DNA of 27,500 nt, taken from positions 1 through 27,500 of the forward strand of contig JABDQB010000022.1 of the NCBI GenBank assembly GCA_013042495.1. Direction: 5' to 3'. Of the stretch, positions 1-8,258 are shown one piece after another. A model generated the notes under the pieces. It made no database searches and was not told where the DNA came from. It saw only the letters and a program-made list of their open reading frames with translations. The first letter of the stretch is position 1. Every line of letters starts with the position of its first letter. Position numbers and translations under genes: made by a program. The DNA comes from Gemmatimonadota bacterium (GTDB lineage Bacteria; Gemmatimonadota; Gemmatimonadetes; Palauibacterales; Palauibacteraceae).

Positions 1-849
1 CAGGCGGAGGCGGCTGCCGCCGTGCCCGACCTTCGTGACGATGTGCTGGAGGATGCGTACATCGATCTGTGGCTGACCGCGGGCCGGCCGGTTGCGATGG
101 AGCCGATCTTCCTGGAGCTCCAGCGACGACGTCACCCGGCAGGCGGCAACCTCGCTTGGCTGTACCTGACCGCCGGGAAGGCCGACGCGGCCCTCAGTGC
201 AACGCCTGATGGTGGCTGGACTTCGATGTGGATCCCCTACGCCGTCGATCGCACACTCGAGCCGTTGCCGAGTGACTATCTCGAGCAGATTCTCCAGCGC
301 GACAATTGTGGCCCAGCCGCGGAGGCACCCATCCACTGTCTCATCACCTTGGGCGCGTACTACGCTGAGCAGGGGAAGGAAGAGCAGCTCGAAACGCTGC
401 TCGACGATATGCGCAGTGGCGCGGCGGAAGCGGCGGCCGAGGGCCGCGAGCGTTCGGCCGAGATGCTCACCCTGGCGGCCGACGCTCTCGATGCGTACGG
501 CTGGGCGAAGAACGGCGACCGGGTGGAACCTGGGGGAGCGATCCAGAAGCTCGAGGACCTGGCCTTTACGGGCCTACCGCCCAGCATCTGGGTGCGCTGG
601 TGGCTTGGCGAGCTCCACTTGGAGGACGGCCAGCCGGGTGATGCGGTCGTGTACCTCGAATCCCTTCGGGGGTCAGGTGTCCCGCATGTGGCGAACTTCC
701 TGCTCGGCCGGGCCTACACGGAGCTGGGTGAACGGGAGAAGGCGCGCGCCGCCTACGTGCGCTTCGTGCAGGCGTGGGAAGAAGCAGACGCCGACCTGCC
801 ACAGCTCCAGGAGGCCCGCGCCGCTCTCGAGGAGCTGCTCGCCGGCTGA
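1..849 (+). CDS. C-terminal part of TPR-repeat protein (5' truncated by window), probable paralog of 23293-25653
   Basis: Frame is open from base 1. Helical TPR-like repeats. C-terminus FVQAWEEADADLPQLQEARAALEELL parallels VIQFWEDADPELQPKVQEARERLQEIV of 23293-25653. Confidence 0.8.
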   Translation, partial: QAEAAAAVPDLRDDVLEDAYIDLWLTAGRPVAMEPIFLELQRRRHPAGGNLAWLYLTAGKADAALSATPDGGWTSMWIPYAVDRTLEPLPSDYLEQILQRDNCGPAAEAPIHCLITLGAYYAEQGKEEQLETLLDDMRSGAAEAAAEGRERSAEMLTLAADALDAYGWAKNGDRVEPGGAIQKLEDLAFTGLPPSIWVRWWLGELHLEDGQPGDAVVYLESLRGSGVPHVANFLLGRAYTELGEREKARAAYVRFVQAWEEADADLPQLQEARAALEELLAG

Positions 850-951
850 ACGGGGTGGCCGATTGCGGCGCCCTTAACGCCCCTGGCTTCTTGACCACCG
901 CTTGACTGCCATCCCGTATCGTCTGGGCGAACCCTGTGCCTGAAGGTCGCC

Positions 952-2334
952 ATGGACACGCTCAAGTTCGATCTCATCAGCCCCACGGCCTCCATCTGGC
1001 GGGCCCAGCGCAAGGGGAATACCCGTGGACCCCGGGTCTTCCGCTTCTCGATGCTGCCCAGCCTGGCGGTAGCGGCCGCCATGCCGGACGGAGTCGAGAC
1101 CCGGATCATCGACGAGAACGTCGAACCGGTGGACTTCGATACGGACGCGGACCTGATCGGCATCTCGTTCATGACCTTCAACGCCCCGCGCGCTTACGAG
1201 ATCGCCGGGCAATTCCGGGACCGCGGCAAGACGGTGATCTTCGGAGGCTTCCACCCGACGTTCCTGCCCTACGAGGCGATCGCGCACTGCGACGCCGTGT
1301 GCGTCGGCGAGGCCGAGTACAACGCCCCTCGCATGATCGCGGACTTTCGTGCCGGGAGTCTGCAGCCGATCTATCGCAGTGAACGGGTCGACCTTGCGGA
1401 CTTGCCGAGACCCCCGCGTGATCTGCTTCAGCCGAAGCGCTACCTGACGCCCAACGTCCTGCAGGCCACACGTGGCTGTCCGTACAAATGCAAGTTCTGC
1501 TCGATCGCCGCGTTCCACGGGTACCAGATTCGTACCCGCCCCGTCGAAGCCGTGATCGACGAGCTGAAGGGGATGGGGCGCCAGGTCGTATTCATGGACG
1601 ACAACATCATCGGCGACCGCGATTACGCCCTGGGCCTCTTCGAGGCGATGGTTCCCCTCGGGAAGAAATGGTTCAGCCAGTGCGGGATCCACATGGCGGA
1701 CGACGACGAGCTGCTGCGAGCCGCCGTCAGGAGCGGCTGCGGGGGGCTGTTCGTCGGCCTGGAATCGCTGTCCCAGGAGAACCTGAGCCGGTGGACCAAG
1801 GGGCCGAACCGGGCCGCGGAGTACGTGCGACAGGTGCGGACGCTGCACGACAAGGGGATCGCCGTATACGCCGGTTTCGTGTTTGGCAGTGACGGCGACT
1901 CGCCGGAGGTCTTTCAGCGGACGCTCGAGTTCCTGGACGAAGCTCGGATCGACGCGCTGCAGGCCACGCGCCTCACCCCGTTTCCTGGAACACCGCTGTT
2001 CGAAGAGATGGATCAAGCGGGTCGAATCTTCGACAAGGACTGGAGTCACTACGACTTCGGGCACGTGGTGTTCGAGCCGCTCCACATGAGTCGCGAAACG
2101 CTGGATCTCGGCGTCGCCTGGATCTCCCGCGAGTTCTATTCGCGCCGCCGCGTGGCCCGGCGCCTGGTGGGAGAGCTCAGCTACCTGGCGCCCTCCTCCA
2201 TCATCCGCGGGTCCGTTCCACTGAACCTGGGATACCGCGTGCGTTTCGGCCGAAACGGTACGCTGGAGAAGGGGGCTCGATTTGATGCTTCCTATGGCGC
2301 TGGCTCGCCCCCTATTGGGCGCAAATCTACATGA
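952..2334 (+). CDS. B12-binding domain radical SAM protein
   Basis: CxxxCxxC motif RGCPYKCKFC. N-terminal cobalamin-binding-type region (DADLIGISFMTFNAPRAY...VIFGGFHPT). Also FMDDNI, GLES and TPFPGTPLF motifs. Confidence 0.9.
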   Translation: MDTLKFDLISPTASIWRAQRKGNTRGPRVFRFSMLPSLAVAAAMPDGVETRIIDENVEPVDFDTDADLIGISFMTFNAPRAYEIAGQFRDRGKTVIFGGFHPTFLPYEAIAHCDAVCVGEAEYNAPRMIADFRAGSLQPIYRSERVDLADLPRPPRDLLQPKRYLTPNVLQATRGCPYKCKFCSIAAFHGYQIRTRPVEAVIDELKGMGRQVVFMDDNIIGDRDYALGLFEAMVPLGKKWFSQCGIHMADDDELLRAAVRSGCGGLFVGLESLSQENLSRWTKGPNRAAEYVRQVRTLHDKGIAVYAGFVFGSDGDSPEVFQRTLEFLDEARIDALQATRLTPFPGTPLFEEMDQAGRIFDKDWSHYDFGHVVFEPLHMSRETLDLGVAWISREFYSRRRVARRLVGELSYLAPSSIIRGSVPLNLGYRVRFGRNGTLEKGARFDASYGAGSPPIGRKST

Positions 2335-2398
2335 GACTAATGGTCGCAAGCATCTAAAATCTAATATGTTAAATGCACTGTAGGTTCATCTTGGGGGC

Positions 2399-2530
2399 TT
2401 GCGGCTTTTTCCCGATCCGGTAAGCTAGAAGTGTCCGACCGCAACGAAGACCACAGCGGTCGACCGGTGGCGGAGTTGATCGCAGCTTGAAGGCGCGCCG
2501 GTCCGGAGGGACACACCTTCTAAAGCGCGA
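2399..2530 (+). ncRNA. Candidate structured RNA of unknown family (sRNA or attenuator leader)
   Basis: Nested complementary segments: 2426-2436/2509-2522, GACCGC 2437-2442/GCGGTC 2456-2461, GACCGG 2462-2467/CCGGTC 2498-2503, AGTTG 2474-2478/CAGCT 2483-2487. Preceded by an AT-rich stretch and followed by a terminator. No family recognised. Confidence 0.4.
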
Positions 2531-2572
2531 AGAGGGCCTGCCTCAGACGTACAGACAGGCCCTCTTTTTTTT
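2531..2572 (+). terminator. Rho-independent terminator
   Basis: Perfect 10-bp stem AGAGGGCCTG (2531-2540)/CAGGCCCTCT (2556-2565) with a T8 run at 2565-2572. Confidence 0.8.
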
Positions 2573-2586
2573 GTGTAGATTGTGGT

Positions 2587-3921
2587 ATGTCTGACCGTCG
2601 CCGTACCTGGCTGCTGCCCGCCCTCGCCCCGCTGTGCTCGGCCGCGGTTCGCGTATTCTATCGATTCAAGACGCACGGTACGCCTCCGGCGGAGGGTCCT
2701 GTCCTGTTCGTCGCCAACCACCCGAACTCGATCGTGGACGCGATCGTGGTGGCGGCCTCCGTGGGTCGGCCCATCCGGTTCCTGGCCAAGGCGACGTTGT
2801 TCGACGAACCGGGTGTCGGCTCTCTGGTGCGGGCCGGCGGCGCGATCCCGGTATACCGCCGGCAGGACGATCCCGCGCTCACCGACCGCAACGCGCGGGT
2901 ATTCGAGGCGGTGCACGAGGCATTGGCCGCGGGAGATGCAGTCGGGATCTTCCCCGAGGGCCTTAGCCATTCCGAGCCTTCGCTCACGAAGCTTCGCACC
3001 GGCGCCGCGAGGATCTCGCTCGGCGCCTCCGAGCGAAGGGGGATTCACTTTCCGATCGTGCCCGTCGGAATCGTGGCGCGCGAGAAGCAGACATTCCGGT
3101 CCCCGTGTGCGGCGGTGGTCGGAAAGCCAGTGTCCTGGGACGATCTCACCGGTCGCCCGGAGTCCGACGTGGAGGCGGTGCGAGAGCTGACCGATCGGAT
3201 CGAGCTGGGCCTCCGCGCCGTCACGATCAACGTCGAGAACCTCGAGGACCGAAGGATCGTCGAGTGCGCCGAGGCGATCTACGCTTCCGAGCAGGGGCTC
3301 GATCGGTCGCCCGGGGAGCGCGTGCGCAGGCTCCGGGACGCGTCCGAGACCCTGGCTCGCCTGCGGGACACCGATCCGGACAGGGTCGAACGGTTGTTCG
3401 CCGACGTCGAGAGCTTCGCCTGGACCCTGGACGTCCTCGGAGTCCGGCCCGCCGACCTGGATCGTACCGGCGGGCTGCATTCGACGGTCGGGTGGTTTCT
3501 GCGGGTGTTCGGACTCCTGTTCGTGGGCGGCCCGATCGCGGCAGCCGGAGTCCTCGTCTTCTTCATTCCGTACCGGCTGACGGACTGGATCGCGACCCGT
3601 CCCCAGATTCGCCTGGAGCGCCAATCCACGTGGAAGCTCCTCGGCGGGGCGGTCCTGTACATCGGCTGGATCGTGCTGCTCTCCGTTCTGGCTGCGGTGA
3701 TTCTGGGGCCGAAATGGGCGATCGCCGCTGCCGTGGGTCTGCCGATCCTGGCGCTCGCTACGCAGTTCGTCCGCGATCGCTGGCGCCAGGCCCGCGTTCA
3801 GGCTCGCCGCTACCTTCTCCTGCGACGGAAGGGCCGCGTGCGAGAGCGCCTCCTCGAGCAGAGAGCCCGCCTCGCCGGTTCGCTCGAGCAGCTGCGGAGG
3901 GACGCGGATCCGGCCAACTGA
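2587..3921 (+). CDS. Lysophospholipid/glycerol-3-phosphate acyltransferase family protein with C-terminal transmembrane helices
   Basis: HxxxxD motif (FVANHPNSIVD), FLAKATLF and GIFPEG blocks. Hydrophobic helices in the C-terminal third. Confidence 0.88.
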   Translation: MSDRRRTWLLPALAPLCSAAVRVFYRFKTHGTPPAEGPVLFVANHPNSIVDAIVVAASVGRPIRFLAKATLFDEPGVGSLVRAGGAIPVYRRQDDPALTDRNARVFEAVHEALAAGDAVGIFPEGLSHSEPSLTKLRTGAARISLGASERRGIHFPIVPVGIVAREKQTFRSPCAAVVGKPVSWDDLTGRPESDVEAVRELTDRIELGLRAVTINVENLEDRRIVECAEAIYASEQGLDRSPGERVRRLRDASETLARLRDTDPDRVERLFADVESFAWTLDVLGVRPADLDRTGGLHSTVGWFLRVFGLLFVGGPIAAAGVLVFFIPYRLTDWIATRPQIRLERQSTWKLLGGAVLYIGWIVLLSVLAAVILGPKWAIAAAVGLPILALATQFVRDRWRQARVQARRYLLLRRKGRVRERLLEQRARLAGSLEQLRRDADPAN

Positions 3922-4005
3922 CCGCCTGCCGCACTTGACACACCCGGTCGATTCGACGTTTCTGGGGCGTCCCGATACTCATCCACATCTGACGGAGCAC
4001 GACAA

Positions 4006-4449
4006 ATGCGCAAAGCCGGAATCTTAATCGCCATGGCCCTTCTGCTGGTGCCGGCCACGGCCATGGCCCAGCATGACGATCACGCCATGGCCTCCCTCAA
4101 GGAGATGACCCCGACGTGGGAAGCGGCCTTCAACGCCAGCGATGCTGCCGGTATCGCGGCGCTGTATACGGAGGACGGTACGCTGCTACCGCCCAACGCT
4201 GGGCCCGTCACGGGCCGGGAAGCCATCGAGGCCTTCTGGTCGGCGGCCCTCGAGGGCGGGGCGACGGGTGAGCTGAAAACGAAGAGCCTCTATGCCATGG
4301 GTGACCATGCCGCGGAAGTCGGGACATTTGTCCTCACGAACGCGGATGGCTCGCATCTCGATCACGGGGCCTTCACGCTGGTCTACAAGATGGTGGAGGG
4401 CGGTTGGCAGATCGAGAGCGACATTTGGAACAGCGATATGTCGCAGTAG
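4006..4449 (+). CDS. Secreted NTF2-like (DUF4440/YybH-type) protein
   Basis: Signal peptide MRKAGILIAMALLLVPATAMA. Family-typical AFNASDAAGIAALYTEDG...PPN...GREAI and GGWQI...WNS. GGAG RBS upstream. Confidence 0.8.
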   Translation: MRKAGILIAMALLLVPATAMAQHDDHAMASLKEMTPTWEAAFNASDAAGIAALYTEDGTLLPPNAGPVTGREAIEAFWSAALEGGATGELKTKSLYAMGDHAAEVGTFVLTNADGSHLDHGAFTLVYKMVEGGWQIESDIWNSDMSQ

Positions 4450-4500
4450 TTCGGTTTTCGGCGGCCGCGGCGGCTCGCCAGTTCGATCGGAAGTGAAGCG

Positions 4501-4524
4501 AGCGCCCGGCTTCGGCCGGGCGCT
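4501..4524. terminator. GC-rich hairpin, probable terminator
   Basis: Perfect 10-bp stem AGCGCCCGGC/GCCGGGCGCT with TTCG loop, downstream of 4006-4449. The U-tract is weak. Confidence 0.55.
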
Positions 4525-4545
4525 TCGTTCATCGGGGCGCCTTGG

Positions 4546-4575
4546 TTGCCACGAGACGTCTCTCGCGGCGATCTT
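4546..4575 (+). promoter_or_regulatory. Recurring promoter motif, copy 1 (leaderless-type)
   Basis: TTGCCA (4546-4551)-N18-GATCTT (4570-4575). ATG 4582 follows after 6 nt with no SD. Confidence 0.55.
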
Positions 4576-4581
4576 TCCCAC

Positions 4582-5115
4582 ATGTCTAGATCCCGACTTC
4601 TGATCAAGCTGTTGATCGCGGCCGTCGTCCTGGCGATCGGTGCGGTATTCTGGCTGCGCCGGAGTGATACTTCCGAAGGCCCGGATCCCGCGGCGGAAGG
4701 GGAGGCAACCGCCAGCCCCGTGAACGAACTCGCATGGCTCGCCGGATGCTGGAAGCACGAGGAGCCCGGCTTTCGCCGCGACGAGCAGTGGATGAGGCCG
4801 GGCGGCGGCACGATGATCGGCATGAGCCGCAGCGTCGCCGAGGACCGGACGGTCGAACACGAGTACCTGCGGATCGAGATGCGAGAGGGACGCCTTGCCT
4901 ACGTGGCCAGCCCCTCAGGTCAGGGGGAAGCCGCTTTCGTCTCCATCGAGATCACGGACCGGACTGCAGTGTTCGAAGCGCCGGAGCATGACTTCCCGCA
5001 GCGAATCGCCTACGAGCGAATGTCTCCGCGGTCGGTCCTGGCATGGATCGAGGGCGATGTGGATGGCGTGTCGCGCGTCGTCGAGTTCCCGATGACGGCG
5101 ACGAGCTGCCCGTAG
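4582..5115 (+). CDS. DUF6265-like protein with N-terminal membrane anchor
   Basis: WLAGCW...EQWMRPGGGTMIGMSR...EYLRIE...FEAPEHDFPQRIAY pattern and N-terminal hydrophobic helix. Start set at ATG 4582 rather than 4546. Confidence 0.75.
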   Translation: MSRSRLLIKLLIAAVVLAIGAVFWLRRSDTSEGPDPAAEGEATASPVNELAWLAGCWKHEEPGFRRDEQWMRPGGGTMIGMSRSVAEDRTVEHEYLRIEMREGRLAYVASPSGQGEAAFVSIEITDRTAVFEAPEHDFPQRIAYERMSPRSVLAWIEGDVDGVSRVVEFPMTATSCP

Positions 5116-5134
5116 CGACCAGCCGGCGCCGGCC

Positions 5135-5563
5135 TTAGACGATCTCGACCAGCTCGATCTCGAACGTCAGCGCCTCGCCCGCCAGCGGGTGATTCGCGTC
5201 GACGATGACGCGCGCCTCATCGGCTTCGACCACCCGTGCCGAAACGGGCTGCCCGTCCTGGCCCTGCAGGTGGATCTGCTGACCGACCTCCGGATCGAAC
5301 TCCTTCGGAAGCTGCTCGCGGGCCAGCGTCAGCTTCATCTCGTCGCGCGCGGCGCCGTAGGCCTGTTCGGCAGGAATCCGGGTCGTCCGGGTATCGCCCG
5401 GCGTCATCCCACGGACCATTTCGTCGAAACCCGGAATCACCATTCCGGCGCCGACCGTGAACTCCAGCGGGTCGCGTCCGGCGGATGAATCGAACTGCGT
5501 TTCGTCATCCAGGGTGCCGGTGTAGTGCACTCGCACCACATCACCGTCTCTTGCTTCTGCCAC
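5135..5563 (-). CDS. slyD: FKBP-type peptidyl-prolyl isomerase, SlyD/SlpA type, no His-rich tail
   Basis: VHYTGTL...FDSS...VIPGF...AYG, insert-in-flap domain and DANHPLAGEALTFEIELVEI. GTG start at 5563 has an AAGGA RBS. Confidence 0.88.
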   Translation of the reverse strand: MAEARDGDVVRVHYTGTLDDETQFDSSAGRDPLEFTVGAGMVIPGFDEMVRGMTPGDTRTTRIPAEQAYGAARDEMKLTLAREQLPKEFDPEVGQQIHLQGQDGQPVSARVVEADEARVIVDANHPLAGEALTFEIELVEIV

Positions 5564-7256
5564 GCTTTGTCCTTTCGACTGGGTGATCTTCATGCATGTG
5601 GGTACCGAGCGAGCGGCCTTCGCGCAAGGTACGGCTCACGGTCTCAAAAACCTGGCGATCCGCCTTTCGTCGGTCCGGCTTCCGCTTTCGCATGGAAGCG
5701 AGGGAAAGACGCATCCGGGGGACGTCCTTCAACAGGTCCTCGTGACGCTCGAGGTAAGCCCAGTACATCGATGTAAGAGGGCAGGTCGCTTTCGGGTCGA
5801 ACACGCACGCCTGACAGTAGTCGCTCATCCGGTTGATATAGGCGGCACCGGACACGTAGGGCTTCGTCGTCATCAGGTCTCCGGCTCCAAACGTACCCAT
5901 CCCGAGCACGTTGGGCTCGACCACCCAGTCGAACGCGTCTGTGTACATGGACCAGAACCAATCCGTGAGCTCGCGCGGCGATACATCGAGCAGCGAGGCG
6001 ATGTTGGACAGCACCATGAGCCGGGAGATGTGATGCGAATACCCGGTAGTCAGCACCGTGTCTACGACGGAATCCAGGCAGTGGAGTCCCGAGGTCGAGC
6101 CCCAATAAGCATCGGGAAGCGCATTGGCGGCGTCCAGCGCCGACGGCGCTGCAGGGAGTGCCCCGGGTTTGCCTGGATCCGCCGTGGGCTCGCCCTTGCT
6201 CTCGCCCGAAAGATCGCGAAGGCCATCGGTCCGCGCGTGAACGTGCCGCATGAACTCCCTCCACCCGAGCACCTGCCGCACGAAGCCCTCCTTGCTGGCC
6301 AGCGGCACGTCCAACTGAGCCACATCGCGGACCACCCGTCGCGGCAGGAGGCGATGCACGTGCAGGAGAAACGCGATGCGTGAGTGGAACAAGCCGTCGG
6401 ATTGCTCGGACATAGCGTCCTCATAGGGTCCGAACAACGGGAGGCACTCGGTCTTCGCCCAGGACCAGAGAGCCTCGGCATCCGTCTGTGTGGAGCACAG
6501 CGCATGGGGGACCAGGACTCCGGGGTGCGTTTCGAATCGCGCCTGAACCAGCTCGAGAACTTCTGCTTTGATGGGATCGAGTGGGAAGTCCGGCGGGGTC
6601 GGTGCGGCCGGTGTTCCCGGCCATGGCTGCCTGTTGTCTACATCGAAGCTGAACTTCCCACCGACAGGCCGCCCGTCCTCCATCAGGATCCCGGACTCGC
6701 GCCGTACCCGCCGGTAGAAGGCGTCCATCCGCCACGGCGGCGGTCCCTTCTGGCTGGCCGCGAACTGCTCGGGTGTCGTCAGCCATCCCTCGTGCGGCAC
6801 GACGTCGATCAGGCCATCGGCCACGAGTCGTGCGACGTCGAGCCTCAGTTCACGCTCGGCGGCACGCATCATGGTGAGGCCTCCTGCTTCAGCCGCGACG
6901 GGGGCGAGCGCGTCCGAGTATGAGCCTCTTGATACGATATGCCGGACGGCTACCCCTCGGGCCGCCTGCTCGAGCGCGAAATGTCTGAGATTCGAGAGGA
7001 TGAGGGCCAGCTTCTGCTTGTGGTACGGCCTCAGGCTGGCTTTCTGCGGAGACTCGACAAGAACCACCCCCACGTCGGCCGGGTCCATGCGGGAGAGAGG
7101 GCCGATCCGATCAGAGGTCTGATCGTAGGGCACGAAGATCCAGCTGCGGCCTTCCGGGTCGGGATTTCGCGAGAGAAGTTCCCGACGGAATGCGGAGATG
7201 CCCGCGCGGCTCTGCGGTTCAGGGGTCACGGCGCTCAGCTCAACGGTCGAATCCAC
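5541..7256 (-). CDS. Cryptochrome/photolyase family protein, FeS-cluster (PhrB/CryB-like (6-4) photolyase) type
   Basis: HKQKL, GGKFSFDVDNR, GWREF, GYSHHISRLM, DAFDWV and KPYVSGAAYINRMSDYCxxC...CP motifs. Four Cys for a 4Fe-4S cluster (GLHCL plus CQAC...C). Exact start uncertain. Confidence 0.88.
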   Translation of the reverse strand: MDSTVELSAVTPEPQSRAGISAFRRELLSRNPDPEGRSWIFVPYDQTSDRIGPLSRMDPADVGVVLVESPQKASLRPYHKQKLALILSNLRHFALEQAARGVAVRHIVSRGSYSDALAPVAAEAGGLTMMRAAERELRLDVARLVADGLIDVVPHEGWLTTPEQFAASQKGPPPWRMDAFYRRVRRESGILMEDGRPVGGKFSFDVDNRQPWPGTPAAPTPPDFPLDPIKAEVLELVQARFETHPGVLVPHALCSTQTDAEALWSWAKTECLPLFGPYEDAMSEQSDGLFHSRIAFLLHVHRLLPRRVVRDVAQLDVPLASKEGFVRQVLGWREFMRHVHARTDGLRDLSGESKGEPTADPGKPGALPAAPSALDAANALPDAYWGSTSGLHCLDSVVDTVLTTGYSHHISRLMVLSNIASLLDVSPRELTDWFWSMYTDAFDWVVEPNVLGMGTFGAGDLMTTKPYVSGAAYINRMSDYCQACVFDPKATCPLTSMYWAYLERHEDLLKDVPRMRLSLASMRKRKPDRRKADRQVFETVSRTLREGRSLGTHMHEDHPVERTKRGRSKRR

Positions 7257-7798
7257 TCCACGTCGAGGCGGAACGGGCCCTCGACCTTGTCACCGATCAG
7301 GAGTCCCATCTGCTCAATCTGGCCCGGCATGAGATCGGGCGCCCCGCGCGGCTTCCGGCCGCGGTAGGTCGCCTCGAAAGATTCGAACGGGATCTCGATC
7401 GTCTGCCACGTATCTGCCTGGGTACCGAACTCTGCCATGTAAGCGACTCCGTCGAACCGCCGATTCGTCCGCAACCGCACCTGGTACGTGCGACCATCTC
7501 CTCGCACCCGGAGCGCCAAGCCGCGGTGGCTCTCCATGGCCCCGGCTGGAACGACTCCGCGAACCGAGGCGAAACCACCGTTGTTCTCGAGCGACAGGTC
7601 GCCCCGGAAGACTGCAAACCCTTCACCCCCATCGACGAACTCGCTGCTCGATAGTCCGCCCATCACCCCGTCGTTGACGATCGCCCACTCCGAAACGGTG
7701 CTGGCGGTGACCTCAAACATGGGGACCGTGTCCGCGGGAGCGGACAACCCGAGGCCCGCCGCCAGCGCAGGGACGACCAGAACCGTCATCACGTCCAT
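7235..7798 (-). CDS. CIA30 (NDUFAF1-like) family protein
   Basis: WAIVNDGVMGGLS, GDLSLENNGGFASVR, LRVRGDGRTYQ and IPFESFEATYRG motifs. GAGGAG RBS upstream. Confidence 0.88.
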   Translation of the reverse strand: MDVMTVLVVPALAAGLGLSAPADTVPMFEVTASTVSEWAIVNDGVMGGLSSSEFVDGGEGFAVFRGDLSLENNGGFASVRGVVPAGAMESHRGLALRVRGDGRTYQVRLRTNRRFDGVAYMAEFGTQADTWQTIEIPFESFEATYRGRKPRGAPDLMPGQIEQMGLLIGDKVEGPFRLDVEWIRPLS

Positions 7799-7810
7799 GA
7801 TACAATCTCC

Positions 7811-7915
7811 TCATACTTCCAGGTCTCGACTGGCGAACAGCAGCATCCCAGCCAGGAATACGAGCGCGAAAACCACGATGCCCACGCCGCCGATCCATGC
7901 CTCGAGGTTCATCAT
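7811..7915 (-). CDS. 34-aa single-TM microprotein (not in ORF track)
   Basis: Hand translation MMNLEAWIGGVGIVVFALVFLAGMLLFASRDLEV*. ATGA overlap with the upstream stop. Its 3' end overlaps the RBS of the CIA30 gene. Confidence 0.65.
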   Translation of the reverse strand: MMNLEAWIGGVGIVVFALVFLAGMLLFASRDLEV

Positions 7916-8076
7916 GACCTCCGCGTCGCGCCGGCGAGCGACAGGATCGACGGAACCCAGATGCCGACGAAGAGGCCGGAGTCTTTGTCGACGAAGAACC
8001 AGAGGAACACGGAAAACAGGAACGAAATGAACGCCGCGATGAGAAACAGCGTCAGGGGCAGGTTCTTTTTGTCCAT
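7912..8076 (-). CDS. 54-aa two-TM microprotein (not in ORF track)
   Basis: Hand translation MDKKNLPLTLFLIAAFISFLFSVFLWFFVDKDSGLFVGIWVPSILSLAGATRRS*. GAGGT RBS upstream. Confidence 0.75.
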   Translation of the reverse strand: MDKKNLPLTLFLIAAFISFLFSVFLWFFVDKDSGLFVGIWVPSILSLAGATRRS

Positions 8077-8153
8077 CGGACTACCTCGATTCGACGACGG
8101 AGGGGAACGGCCCTGAGCGCCATTCGACGCTGCCTTCCCCCGAAACGTCGTAT

Positions 8154-8228
8154 TGTCTATTCATTGTCAAAATATGATAGCGAATTTCGCGGACTTGTCA
8201 AGGGCAGAAACTGGACAAATTATGGACA
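8154..8228. promoter_or_regulatory. Candidate operator: TnnACA boxes at 11-bp spacing
   Basis: Minus strand TTGACA 8170-8165 and TAGACA 8159-8154. Plus strand TGGACA 8212-8217 and 8223-8228. Confidence 0.45.
8174..8201 (-). promoter_or_regulatory. Sigma70-type promoter of the microprotein-CIA30-photolyase-slyD operon
   Basis: Minus strand TTGACA (8201-8196)-N16-TATCAT (8179-8174) in an AT-rich intergenic patch. Confidence 0.65.
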
Positions 8229-8258
8229 GTCCTGACCACATGGGCAGCCGTCCGGTGG

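Noticed and set aside
874-2349. 491-aa minus-strand ORF
   Set aside because: Antisense shadow of the radical SAM gene with no motifs. Long shadows are expected at high GC.
2430-2520. Partial likeness to SRP RNA (GGTCCGGAGGGA) and THF riboswitch (CAACGAAG)
   Set aside because: The SRP AGCAG partner motif and GNRA loop are missing, and the remaining THF core elements are missing.
2425-3624. 399-aa minus-strand ORF running through the candidate RNA
   Set aside because: Shadow of the acyltransferase with no recognisable motif or RBS.
3935-3940. Perfect TTGACA upstream of 4006
   Set aside because: No acceptable -10 hexamer at 16-18 nt spacing, so no promoter was called.
8154-8228. PpsR/CrtJ site (TGT-N12-ACA)
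   Set aside because: No TGT/ACA pair has the 12-nt spacing.
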